IMG/VR virus record: IMGVR_UViG_3300014208_000025
Coordinates: 180,967 to 244,966 of that record
DNA from: a virus
Taxonomy: Duplodnaviria; Heunggongvirae; Uroviricota; Caudoviricetes
Reading direction: 5' to 3' (one strand)
DNA length: 64,000 bases
Below the pieces are notes generated by a model. That model saw nothing but the letters and a program-made list of their open reading frames with translations, did not search any database and was not told the DNA's origin. Numbering within the stretch: the stretch's first letter is position 1; the number at the start of each line of letters is the position of its first letter. This document shows, piece by piece, positions 36,635-44,380 of this stretch. Made by a program: the position numbers and the translations under genes.

Positions 36635-36724
36635 TGGCGGAGGTAGAGGGATTCGAACCCTCACCGGTTTTACCCGGACAAGTTTAGCAAACTTGCGCAA
36701 CCAACCGTATCTGCCTTACGCTCC
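36635..36724 (-). tRNA. tRNA-Ser(GCU)
   Basis: CAAGT-TTGCTAA-ACTTG; class II arm. Confidence 0.9.
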
Positions 36725-36729
36725 AAAAT

Positions 36730-36815
36730 TGGCGGAAGCAGAGGGAATCGAACCCCCAACCCTGTTACGGGTAGCCGCTTTCAAGGCGGTGTCCTCGTCC
36801 ATTCGGACTACTTCC
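36730..36815 (-). tRNA. tRNA-Ser(UGA)
   Basis: CCGC-CTTGAAA-GCGG; class II arm; G73. Confidence 0.95.
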
Positions 36816-36830
36816 ACTATAACAATCATA

Positions 36831-36859
36831 ACTATATCACAGGTTAACAAAACTGTCAA
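36831..36859 (-). promoter_or_regulatory. Sigma70-type promoter
   Basis: TTGACA-N17-TATAGT with TG upstream of -10. Confidence 0.75.
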
Positions 36860-36867
36860 CCGAAATT

Positions 36868-36942
36868 TGGAGTTCCGTGTTGGAATTGAACCAACGTCTC
36901 AAGGGTTGCAGCCAAGCGCATGGGCCACTCTACGAACGGAAC
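36868..36942 (-). tRNA. tRNA-Cys(GCA)
   Basis: Loop CTGCAAC, U73; poorly paired anticodon stem. Confidence 0.75.
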
Positions 36943-36948
36943 TTAAAT

Positions 36949-37022
36949 TGGAGCCTCATCAGGGAATCGAACCCTAATCTCTTCATTACGAGTGAAGAAT
37001 AATTCCACTATACGAATGAGGC
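36949..37022 (-). tRNA. tRNA-Thr(CGU)
   Basis: CTTCA-CTCGTAA-TGAAG. Confidence 0.95.
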
Positions 37023-37027
37023 GAATA

Positions 37028-37094
37028 TGGTGATTGAGTGTTCTGATTAGAACTCTCGGGTCTATGCTGCAGACTAAGACTCCCGACTCAATCA
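37028..37094 (-). ncRNA. CCA-ended tRNA-like RNA lacking a D-arm (67 nt)
   Basis: 8-bp acceptor GATTGAGT/ACTCAATC + ACCA, adjacent GTTCT-AATC-AGAAC hairpin, GTCT-GCAGCAT-AGAC hairpin. Confidence 0.55.
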
Positions 37095-37099
37095 AAAAC

Positions 37100-37183
37100 T
37101 GGTACCCCTGAGAGGAATTGAACCTCCAAAACTTCGGCTTTTAAGACCGTATGATGTGCCATTCTCAACTAAGTCACAGGGGC
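37100..37183 (-). tRNA. tRNA-Leu(UAA), short variable arm, enlarged D-loop
   Basis: CGGT-CTTAAAA-GCCG; ~6-nt variable region. Confidence 0.7.
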
Positions 37184-37189
37184 AAAAAT

Positions 37190-37273
37190 TGGTGTCAGTA
37201 GAGGGAGTCGAACCTTCACGTCTTACGACGGCAGTTTTTGAAACTGCTGCGGCTACCGTTACGCCATACTGAC
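37190..37273 (-). tRNA. tRNA-Leu(CAA), class II
   Basis: GCAGT-TTCAAAA-ACTGC; variable hairpin CGTC-GTAA-GACG. Confidence 0.95.
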
Positions 37274-37280
37274 ATTAAAA

Positions 37281-37356
37281 TGGAGCGGTATGCCAGAATC
37301 GAACTGGTCGCTTTAACATTGGGAGTGTTACGTGCCATCCACCACACTCATACCGC
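37281..37356 (-). tRNA. tRNA-Gly(CCC)
   Basis: TAACA-CTCCCAA-TGTTA; U73. Confidence 0.9.
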
Positions 37357-37360
37357 AAAT

Positions 37361-37435
37361 TGGAGCCCGAGGTCGGAATCGAACCGACGCTCCTTCGTTA
37401 CAAGGGAAGGGTGCTACCATTATCACTACACGGGC
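37361..37435 (-). tRNA. tRNA-Thr(UGU)
   Basis: CTTC-C-CTTGTAA-C-GAAG. Confidence 0.9.
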
Positions 37436-37447
37436 AAATACAGAAAA

Positions 37448-37609
37448 TTAATCACAAACGATACCAAAATATTTCCACAGAAATTTTTTACGACACCATC
37501 CCAACCGTATTTCACGGCATCGTTGACATTGATAATTCCACTGGTATTTTTTTCCAATGGATTTCCACTTATGGAAGCCGAACAAACATATCCAAGAGAA
37601 TTTTTTCAT
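37448..37609 (-). CDS. Small Cys/His protein (53 aa), CLFGFHKW type
   Basis: MKKFSWICLFGFHKW...CQRCR, read manually. Confidence 0.5.
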   Translation of the reverse strand: MKKFSWICLFGFHKWKSIGKKYQWNYQCQRCREIRLGWCRKKFLWKYFGIVCD

Positions 37610-37904
37610 ATTACTTCCACCAACTCCTGTTTGGATTATTGACGTTCTGATTTTTTGGAAGAACGAACACCATCAATAACGGCCAATCTTTTATGGGTAG
37701 ATGGACGACGCTTCCATTTAGAATCTGTTTGGTTATTTTTTTTCATAAATTGGTTAGTCTGGTAGAATCCATTTTCGGTTGTGTTGTTTCTCCCACAATT
37801 TTTTTTGTTCGTCTCGATGTTTTCTAACCATTGGAGCCAAAACAAATATTTTTTCGTAACATTGTTCTTTCCATGCTAAACTGTATTGTTTTTCAATCAT
37901 AAAT

Positions 37905-37979
37905 TGGTTCCCCGTGACTGAATCGAACAGTCTTTCTTCGCTTCAAAGGCGACAGTAATAGCCGTTATACGAACGGGGA
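37905..37979 (-). tRNA. tRNA-Gln(UUG)
   Basis: TCGC-CTTTGAA-GCGA; U1-A72. Confidence 0.9.
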
Positions 37980-37986
37980 ATAAAAA

Positions 37987-38065
37987 TGGCGGGAGTAGCC
38001 GGATTCGAACCGAGCGGTCTTCGCAGTGACAGTGCGACATGTTAGACCATCTACACCATACTCCC
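37987..38065 (-). tRNA. tRNA-Asp(GUC)
   Basis: TCGCA-CTGTCAC-TGCGA; G73. Confidence 0.95.
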
Positions 38066-38629
38066 ACATTTGAATTGTTTAACATATAAATCGACTATGG
38101 GTTCATACGTTTTTCTGTATTTATTAGAATGTAACAAAATGTGATGATTCGCACACATTGGAACAAGATTTTCAGGTTTATCGTTGTCATGGTCTTCATC
38201 ATAATGATGAACCGTAATCGGTGTGGCTACTTTACAAACGACACATACTCTCGGATGATATCTAAAACAAATTATTCTGTGTTTGTTTTGTCCAAACAAA
38301 TCCTCAAGTTGCTTTGGTAATGCCCTACCACGAACTTTCTGGTTGGCACATTTCAAAGAACAAAATTTTCTATCTCGGTCAACAAACTTAACCAAAAACT
38401 GTTTTTCACATTTAGGATTTTGGCATGACAAACAAACTTGTTTCGTTGGTTTGTTAGAATAAAAATGGTCAACATTACATTGAAATTTTAATATCCATTT
38501 TTCGAATAATTTGGAATAATATCCGTTAATTGGCTTATTAAACCATTTACACAAACTTCTAATAGAGCAACAATTTAGAATCGCGTTTTTGAATTCGGAT
38601 TCATCAAAGATTAATTTATTGGATTTCAT
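38051..38629 (-). CDS. HNH homing endonuclease (192 aa)
   Basis: CVVC...TVHHYDEDHDNDKPENLVPMCANHH; stop inside tRNA-Asp. Confidence 0.85.
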   Translation of the reverse strand: MKSNKLIFDESEFKNAILNCCSIRSLCKWFNKPINGYYSKLFEKWILKFQCNVDHFYSNKPTKQVCLSCQNPKCEKQFLVKFVDRDRKFCSLKCANQKVRGRALPKQLEDLFGQNKHRIICFRYHPRVCVVCKVATPITVHHYDEDHDNDKPENLVPMCANHHILLHSNKYRKTYEPIVDLYVKQFKCGSMV

Positions 38630-38704
38630 GACAATACATATATTGTCAACCTGTCAAACATCAATAACTCTTATTTTATTATGACAGGCACCCCAAAATT
38701 TTTA

Positions 38705-39292
38705 TTAGGAACAATGTTCATCTCTACAATTAAGAGAAAATACAAGCATGATTGCTTTAATTCCGTTATCATTGATTTCTCTTGTTCCGATACCCGCAAA
38801 ATTCTCGGTCAACTTGGGAATATAGTCAATCACTTCAAACTTGTCAAGTTCGTAATTGAACTTCTTCCAACAGTTGTTTACTTGATCGAACACGAGCACA
38901 GGTTTTTTGTTGTCAATCGCCATTTGAATGGCCCATCCAGTTCCACCTTCAACGGTTGTCGGAGTCATGGTTTTCGCGATGGCAAAAACTGCTTCAGCAT
39001 TCTTAACTTGAAACCAGTTACGAGACAAAAGATTCTGCACATACGGATATTGACAATTAGGATTTCGTTTCAATCCCTTGGCAGCAATTTTGACGTGATC
39101 GAAACCTTCTTTCAGTTCGTCAACCGTCAATATTTTTTGATTCTTTCTTTTTTGAACGTGATTGTGAAACGAGTAAGCAATGGTTTTGACACCGTATTTT
39201 TCGCCTACAATTTCCCACGTCATATCAGATCCCGGACAACCTCCGCTATGGCATGTATAATTCATAATATGTTTCCTATCGTTAAGTGCCAC
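38705..39292 (-). CDS. SLOG/YpsA-like nucleotide-binding protein (195 aa)
   Basis: CHSGGCPGSD...GGTGWAIQMA..KKPV..FDQ...FAGIGTR motifs. Confidence 0.6.
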   Translation of the reverse strand: MALNDRKHIMNYTCHSGGCPGSDMTWEIVGEKYGVKTIAYSFHNHVQKRKNQKILTVDELKEGFDHVKIAAKGLKRNPNCQYPYVQNLLSRNWFQVKNAEAVFAIAKTMTPTTVEGGTGWAIQMAIDNKKPVLVFDQVNNCWKKFNYELDKFEVIDYIPKLTENFAGIGTREINDNGIKAIMLVFSLNCRDEHCS

Positions 39293-39639
39293 GGAATCGG
39301 AATCTTGGGATTCAATCCCAACTCTTGTCGAATCTCTTCAATCCTCGGACACTCGACCGTCAACCAAAAATACCGGTCATCGCTAAGAATCTCTCTATGG
39401 TATGAAAATTCCACAATGTTGCCTTCAAACTTACCCCACAGATGTTCGTGTGAAGCATCTGGCTTCTCATACTTTCCAGCAATGACCGTAATGTGTGCTC
39501 CATCCCGCGGCGGATTCAATTTCAAGGAAGGAGATTGAATGTTAACTAGTTTGCGATAGTATTCACAAATCTCGTCATCCACTTTCATAATCAACCACCA
39601 ACTACGGTGATAGAAAAGTTGTCCGTTTCCGTTGAACAT
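39262..39639 (-). CDS. 2H phosphoesterase (LigT/Acb1-like, 125 aa)
   Basis: Two HxT motifs: GAHITVI and PWHLTIG; start moved to MFNGNG. Confidence 0.7.
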   Translation of the reverse strand: MFNGNGQLFYHRSWWLIMKVDDEICEYYRKLVNIQSPSLKLNPPRDGAHITVIAGKYEKPDASHEHLWGKFEGNIVEFSYHREILSDDRYFWLTVECPRIEEIRQELGLNPKIPIPWHLTIGNIL

Positions 39640-40028
39640 AAATTGTTTTTCGTAAGAGGCAAATAGGAAGTCAACTTCCATCCCGGTTTCCAATAAACCG
39701 TTCCATCTGGCTTTCCATAAATACCATCATAAATTTTATCGCCTTGAATTACCACCCAATGACCTTTTTGTTTTTTTGGATAAGTCAACTTGCCCAACCC
39801 AAGTTCAGGTCGTGGCTTTCTACATAGTCGGTCGGTACACTGAAATCCCACTTTACGAAGTGCTTTAGCAATCCGTTTGGTTGTTGTGCAACCTTTTTTG
39901 CCAACGAGTTTGATTGCGTCATCAAGTGGAATGTTTGCCAAAACCGTCACCGCAATCTGACCACATAGATTACTTCCTTCCGGTTGTTTCATCCATTTCA
40001 ATTCCATGTTGTTATTATACCTCGCCAC
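39591..40028 (-). CDS. Peptidase C39-like papain-fold protein (~140 aa)
   Basis: Q...NLCGQIAV and GHWVV...IYD triad motifs. Confidence 0.65.
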   Translation of the reverse strand: MARYNNNMELKWMKQPEGSNLCGQIAVTVLANIPLDDAIKLVGKKGCTTTKRIAKALRKVGFQCTDRLCRKPRPELGLGKLTYPKKQKGHWVVIQGDKIYDGIYGKPDGTVYWKPGWKLTSYLPLTKNNLCSTETDNFSITVVGG

Positions 40029-40221
40029 AACGAAATGTCAAGGTGAAAAGTTGGAGTAAGGGAAGGATTTCACGATGTTCCATTATGCGTGAACATTGCC
40101 ATTATGCTTACCTGACCGTCAAATGTGGGCAGGCTGGGAATCGAACCCAGATACTTGCACTTCTGTCTATCTTCTGAAAGGATTTCACGAGTTGCAGGCG
40201 TCCCCGCTTGTTCCATTCGTA

Positions 40222-40292
40222 TTCGTCTAGTGAGCCTCGAACTCACGCTTCCAGCTTATTGTGCCGGCGTGCTTCCACTACACCATAGGCGA
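40222..40292 (-). tRNA. Atypical or pseudo tRNA-Ile(AAU)
   Basis: CCGGC-ACAATAA-GCTGG; A32/C33; no encoded CCA; one acceptor mismatch. Confidence 0.45.
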
Positions 40293-40428
40293 CGTTTGAG
40301 CGTCTATCTTTCATTGACCATTACTACAAATTACGATGATGTTTTTTGGGTTGTAAAACCCTATCCGTTATACAGATACATCCTAACATACAAGCAAAAA
40401 CGATGATATTTCCGTTGATGTTGAAAAA

Positions 40429-40510
40429 TGGTGCAGGTGGGGGGATTCGAACCCACATTTTCATCCAATTACGATTCATACTGCTTAGAAGGCAGCGTCG
40501 GTACACCTGC
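40429..40510 (-). tRNA. Rearranged tRNA-Arg(UCU): no D-arm at the normal position, D-like hairpin after the anticodon arm
   Basis: GCAGGTG-taccgac-GCTGC cttctaa GCAGT-atgaa-TCGT aattgg ATGA-aaat-T arm-CACCTGC-ACCA. Confidence 0.7.
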
Positions 40511-40572
40511 ATTTTTGAAATTGCTTTGGAGTCGGATATAGTTTTTGAGAATTCTAACTATACTTATTGAAT

Positions 40573-41322
40573 ATGAACATGTTAATTTCAAAATCTGAAT
40601 TAGATTCCAAATCAAGTCGAGAACTTATCCCATTGGAATGTTTAGAATGTCACAATACTCATCATCGAACTAAAAATACCATACTTAGAATTCTGAATGG
40701 TTCATTAAAAGGAACACAAAAAGGGTGTTTTTGTTCTCATAAATGCGCCGAATTATTCAAATACAAAGCATCTGTTTTTTCCACTACATGTGGAGAGTGT
40801 AATAAAGATATTACCAAATACAAAACAGACGAAAAAATCAAAAATTTTTGTTCATATTCGTGTCGAGCAAAATATTGGAACAAAAACAGAGAATGGTCAA
40901 ACAAACATAACAGGTCAAAATTAGAAGTATGGATTGAAGAACAATTAACCGAATTGTATCCAACACTTGAAATTCATTACAACAAAACAAATGCCATTGA
41001 TATTGAGTTGGACATTTACATTCCATCCTTGAAGTTGGCCTTTGAACTTAACGGAATTTTTCACTATAAACCAATTTACGGAAAAGAAAGGCTTAAAGTA
41101 AAACAAACCAATGATGCCCGAAAAATTCAGTCGTGTTTAGAAAAAAATGTTGATTTATGTATTATTGATACAACATCTCAAATTTCTTTTAGAGAAAAAA
41201 CAAGTCAAAAATTTTTCGACATTATATCAACAACCATCAATCAAAATCGGTGCCGGATGCGGGCTTTGGCACCCGTCAATTCATGCGACGGTCAGGAAAT
41301 CGAAGAGCAAAAACTCCCCTAA
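40573..41322 (+). CDS. Zn-finger plus Vsr/DUF559-like homing endonuclease (249 aa)
   Basis: CLEC, FCSHKC, CGEC, FCSYSC; ELDIYIPSLKLAFELNGIFHY. Confidence 0.75.
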   Translation: MNMLISKSELDSKSSRELIPLECLECHNTHHRTKNTILRILNGSLKGTQKGCFCSHKCAELFKYKASVFSTTCGECNKDITKYKTDEKIKNFCSYSCRAKYWNKNREWSNKHNRSKLEVWIEEQLTELYPTLEIHYNKTNAIDIELDIYIPSLKLAFELNGIFHYKPIYGKERLKVKQTNDARKIQSCLEKNVDLCIIDTTSQISFREKTSQKFFDIISTTINQNRCRMRALAPVNSCDGQEIEEQKLP

Positions 41323-41397
41323 TATGGCCGCTTTCAAGACATGGGTTTTTTCTGGTCGCCTTTACTAAGGGCGTGGTTAAACTAATCCGGCAGAAAT

Positions 41398-41474
41398 TGG
41401 TGCAGTCGGAGGGAATCGAACCCTCTCCATATCCGGTTAAAGGCCGGGTGCCGGTCCATCATGGCTTCAACTGC
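41398..41474 (-). tRNA. tRNA-Lys(UUU) with C33
   Basis: CCGG-CCTTTAA-CCGG; ACCA. Confidence 0.8.
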
Positions 41475-41710
41475 AAAAACAAGATACGATTTTTTAGGTC
41501 TGCTTATTAAGAGGATTTTTTTGAGTTGCTGTTCGTATCTTAAATTCCTATTGATGTTGCTACTAACACATTATTCGAATAATGTGTGTTTTGCCTTATT
41601 TAACCTCTCCTAGAGGCACACCAATGTTTGTACAAATTGGTCAATTTGTCACGCCGAAATTCATTATAAAGAAGAAATCATACCCATTTACAAAAGAAAA
41701 ACGATTTTAT

Positions 41711-41927
41711 AGAGCTAACGTTGTCCTCATAACCCAACATGCGTCACGACGTTAATCGTGAAACCACCGTTTTACAACGATGTTATTTTTCGGTGTTGAT
41801 TTATTCTCGAAGTGAGGTTTCCACCCACATTTCCGAACGTAATGCCGGCACATTTATTCTCAGTGGACTGGCGGGATTGTGGCCACCAAGAGCCCGTTAC
41901 TCCATCCAATACTCTTATGTTACTCGA
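41711..41927 (-). ncRNA. Unassigned multi-stem RNA (~215 nt)
   Basis: Terminal GAGTAAC/GTTAGCTC pairing, several hairpins, GAGAATAAAT twice. Confidence 0.4.
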
Positions 41928-41932
41928 AATTT

Positions 41933-42023
41933 TGGCTGGGGCCAGAGGACTCGAACCTCCATACGGATTTCTCCGAATACACGACATTAACAGTGTCGTC
42001 TCTTACCGTTAGAGTAAACCCCA
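41933..42023 (-). tRNA. tRNA-Asn(GUU) with long variable arm
   Basis: CGACA-CTGTTAA-TGTCG; variable hairpin CGGA-GAAA-TCCG; G73. Confidence 0.85.
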
Positions 42024-42031
42024 ATTGAAAC

Positions 42032-42120
42032 TGGTCAGAGTGGTGGGGGTCGAACCCACAGAGTCATGATGACACCCGGTTCCAGGCCGGGGTGGCTGCC
42101 AATTACCTTCTTACACTCTG
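42032..42120 (-). tRNA. tRNA-Pro(UGG) with long variable arm and C33
   Basis: CCCGG-CCTGGAA-CCGGG; variable hairpin GTCA-TCA-TGAC; C1-G72, A73. Confidence 0.75.
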
Positions 42121-42126
42121 ATGAAA

Positions 42127-42354
42127 TTATTTTACTTCAACTGCTATTTTCTTTTCGATTAATTTTCGAGCCAATCTGAATTCAAAATAGAATTCGACTC
42201 CCGCTTTCACCAACCGTCTGCCACTTTCCCCCAAAAGACCTGTCAGAAAAATAGCTTCTGGGTCAATTATTTTTACCCGAATAGCATTTGGAACATATGC
42301 CATTTTTGAAAGTTGTTCTGGAACAACCATGAATTGTAACTTGATTCGTTTCAT
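42127..42354 (-). CDS. Hypothetical protein (75 aa)
   Basis: ORF track. Confidence 0.55.
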   Translation of the reverse strand: MKRIKLQFMVVPEQLSKMAYVPNAIRVKIIDPEAIFLTGLLGESGRRLVKAGVEFYFEFRLARKLIEKKIAVEVK

Positions 42355-42360
42355 AAATTA

Positions 42361-42507
42361 TTATTTTCTGGATAATTCTTGAGTTAACTCTGACACTCTG
42401 GCCGACATTTGGTTGCGTTGTTCCGCCGTCAACTCTTTATCCGAAATTCGTCGGTTAAGGCGACTGATACGATTACGTTTCTTACCTACAATGTGTGCTG
42501 CATTCAT
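42361..42507 (-). CDS. Small basic protein (48 aa)
   Basis: MNAAHIVGKKRNRISRL..., SD AAGGAAA. Confidence 0.5.
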   Translation of the reverse strand: MNAAHIVGKKRNRISRLNRRISDKELTAEQRNQMSARVSELTQELSRK

Positions 42508-42533
42508 ATACTGTTTCCTTTTGGTTGTTGAAA

Positions 42534-42607
42534 TGGTCGTCATATCTGGAATCGAACCAGAGCCTCCCACTTATCGAGTGGGCACAATACCATTATGTTA
42601 TACGACG
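42534..42607 (-). tRNA. tRNA-Ile(GAU) with C33
   Basis: CCCAC-TCGATAA-GTGGG. Confidence 0.85.
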
Positions 42608-42615
42608 TTAAATTT

Positions 42616-42717
42616 TGTCCCGTAACCAAATTGTCATTCAAAGAAATGCGGTTGGAAGCAGAATGACCTATGGAAAGAGCGAAGTGCTCAGTCCGGCATT
42701 GCACCGCTTACGGGACA
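42616..42717 (-). ncRNA. Unassigned RNA with 10-bp terminal stem and T-loop-like hairpin
   Basis: TGTCCCGTAA/TTACGGGACA; CGG-TGCAATG-CCG; GAGC/GCTC; GTCATTC/GAATGAC. Confidence 0.5.
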
Positions 42718-42849
42718 GAAATTAAAAAACTCGTTCGCCTTGTTTATCCCAGCATGTAACTTGTCCATAACGTTACATGTTCCTTTCGACAAAACTAAGT
42801 TTTGGAACTGAATACGAGTCACGATTCAGTACTTTTTACTTTCGTAAAT

Positions 42850-42926
42850 TGGGGTGGCAGACGGGTAATGCTCCCGTTCCAATTCCTTCACAGGGAATGA
42901 TGCTAAACTTTCACACTCCTACCACC
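42850..42926 (-). tRNA. tRNA-His(GUG)
   Basis: TTCC-CTGTGAA-GGAA; G-1:C73; variant T-loop AGCATTA. Confidence 0.9.
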
Positions 42927-42936
42927 ATACAAAAAA

Positions 42937-43035
42937 CTTCCGGAAACTTGAGGGATTCGAACCGGTTCCGTTGCAACGGAATTCTCTCGCCCGATTTATA
43001 GGACTTTGCCATGCCTTGTACTTCAGCAGTTTCCG
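42937..43035 (-). pseudogene. Degenerate class II tRNA-like sequence
   Basis: CGGAAACT/AGTTTCCG stem, GGTTCGAATCC, long variable hairpin; anticodon arm malformed, no CCA. Confidence 0.45.
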
Positions 43036-43039
43036 AAAT

Positions 43040-43113
43040 TGGTGTCCCAACCGAGAATCGAACTCGGGTATTTTGATTGAGAATCAAACATTCTACCACT
43101 AAACTATAGGGAC
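43040..43113 (-). tRNA. tRNA-Glu(CUC)
   Basis: TTGA-TTCTCAA-TCAA. Confidence 0.9.
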
Positions 43114-43118
43114 AAATT

Positions 43119-43278
43119 TGGTCGAGCCTGATGGTTTCCAACCATCGTTGTCATCGGATTGAACTAACATGTATATCAATCCGTCACATCACACACTTCT
43201 TACCATCCCTTACGGGGTAGGAGTTTCACGTCTAGCGACGTTGTGAAACCATGCTGCCTTGGACTAGGCTAAGACTCG
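43119..43278 (-). ncRNA. 160-nt CCA-ended RNA with tRNA top half and five internal hairpins
   Basis: Acceptor CGAGTCT/AGGCTCG+ACCA stacked on GATGG-TTGGAAA-CCATC. Confidence 0.6.
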
Positions 43279-43443
43279 AATAAATGATAAGTTGAAAATT
43301 TCATTCAACACGTTGGTATTAAAAACCCCAATCACATTACTTTCGTAATCACATTGACCAGTATCCAACACACTTGAGGTTGCGTCTAGCACGTTTTCTA
43401 ACAGTTATGCTGTAAGTATTTCTTACTTCCGCCATTATCAAAG

Positions 43444-43519
43444 TGGCAGTCCCACGGGGAATCGAACCCACGATCTGGAGAGTGAAAATCTCCCGAATTA
43501 ACCGTTATTCGATAGGACC
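43444..43519 (-). tRNA. tRNA-Glu(UUC)
   Basis: GGAGA-TTTTCAC-TCTCC. Confidence 0.9.
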
Positions 43520-43726
43520 ATTAAATCAGTGTGGGTGTTTGACAGATGCCTATCACAGTAGGACTCATCAATTGATGAAAACCATGCCCTTAACCCACGA
43601 ATATGTTTTTGAAAATCAGACAGCATAAACAACGAATCAAACACAACAGCACAAAGGCCGGCCGATATTTCGGATTTCTCCTAATCTGTCGCTAGTTCTT
43701 GTGGTCAACTGTTTACACTATCAAAG

Positions 43727-43802
43727 TGGTCCCAACTCCCGGTTACGCTCCGGGCTTTACAGATTTTCAGTCTGTCACTTTCACTAGATTAGTTTAGTTG
43801 GG
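43727..43802 (-). tRNA. tRNA-Phe(GAA)
   Basis: ACAGA-CTGAAAA-TCTGT; variant T-loop AGCGTAA. Confidence 0.85.
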
Positions 43803-43807
43803 GTAAA

Positions 43808-43881
43808 TGGCTCCCTCTGATGGTTACGCTCCACCGCTCTACGCTTCAAAGGCGTCGTTGCTACTATTACAACAAGAGGGA
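43808..43881 (-). tRNA. tRNA-Gln(UUG)
   Basis: ACGC-CTTTGAA-GCGT; T-loop AGCGTAA; U1-A72, G73. Confidence 0.85.
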
Positions 43882-43890
43882 ATACTAAAT

Positions 43891-43965
43891 TGGCGGACAT
43901 GATGGGAATCGAACCCACCTGAATTCGCAGACAACGAATCCGATGACCCAGCCTCTTCCATGTCC
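43891..43965 (-). tRNA. tRNA-Asp(GUC), unusual U37
   Basis: ATTCG-TTGTCTG-CGAAT; G73. Confidence 0.75.
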
Positions 43966-43971
43966 GAAAAT

Positions 43972-44048
43972 TGGCCGCCTTTGCCAGACTTTACCTTGGC
44001 ATTTTTAGCTCTAATAGCTAACGTCCTAGATTTTAGACGAGCAGGCGA
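43972..44048 (-). ncRNA. CCA-ended cloverleaf-shaped RNA without tRNA consensus (77 nt)
   Basis: TCGCCT/AGGCGG+CCA enclosing CGTC/GACG, TTAGCT/AGCTAA, TGCCA/TGGCA hairpins. Confidence 0.5.
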
Positions 44049-44156
44049 TAAAAATCGATACTGTAAAGAGCCGCCCTTCCATTTTCAGTGGAGGTCTGAG
44101 CAGAGTTTGTCTCTTACTGTCCCCTTCCGGAGCTTAGTTCTTTACTAGCGTCAAAA

Positions 44157-44230
44157 TGGAGCAGGTGAACGGAATCGAACCGTCACTTTAACATTGGCAA
44201 TGTCATGGGCTACCACTACACTACACCTGC
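44157..44230 (-). tRNA. tRNA-Gly(GCC)
   Basis: GACA-TTGCCAA-TGTT; U73. Confidence 0.95.
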
Positions 44231-44235
44231 ATTTG

Positions 44236-44376
44236 TTATTGTTTGTTTCTCAACTTCCGAATTCGTTCCTTGCGTTCACGTTCAATTTCTTGAAGTTCAC
44301 GTCGTTGTGCCTCAACGAATTTCTGAAACGAACCAGCGGGTTGACCACAGAATTCATCTATTGTTTTTGTTTTCAT
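44236..44376 (-). CDS. Small basic protein (46 aa)
   Basis: MKTKTIDEFCGQPAG...; start moved downstream of tRNA-Gly. Confidence 0.5.
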   Translation of the reverse strand: MKTKTIDEFCGQPAGSFQKFVEAQRRELQEIERERKERIRKLRNKQ

Positions 44377-44380
44377 AAAT

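Noticed and set aside
38681-39538. 285-aa plus-strand ORF
   Set aside because: Antisense shadow of the SLOG-like and 2H genes, which carry recognisable motifs.
41325-41392. tRNA-Thr(AGU)
   Set aside because: CCA and an anticodon-like hairpin are present but there is no T-arm and only a 4-5-bp acceptor; too degenerate to call.
43525-43600. Hammerhead ribozyme (TTGATGAG-TCC...)
   Set aside because: No GAAA after stem II; TCATCAATTGATGA is simply a palindromic hairpin.
44100-44145. SRP 4.5S RNA (CCGGAAGG)
   Set aside because: The flanking CAGG...AGCAG internal-loop motif is missing.
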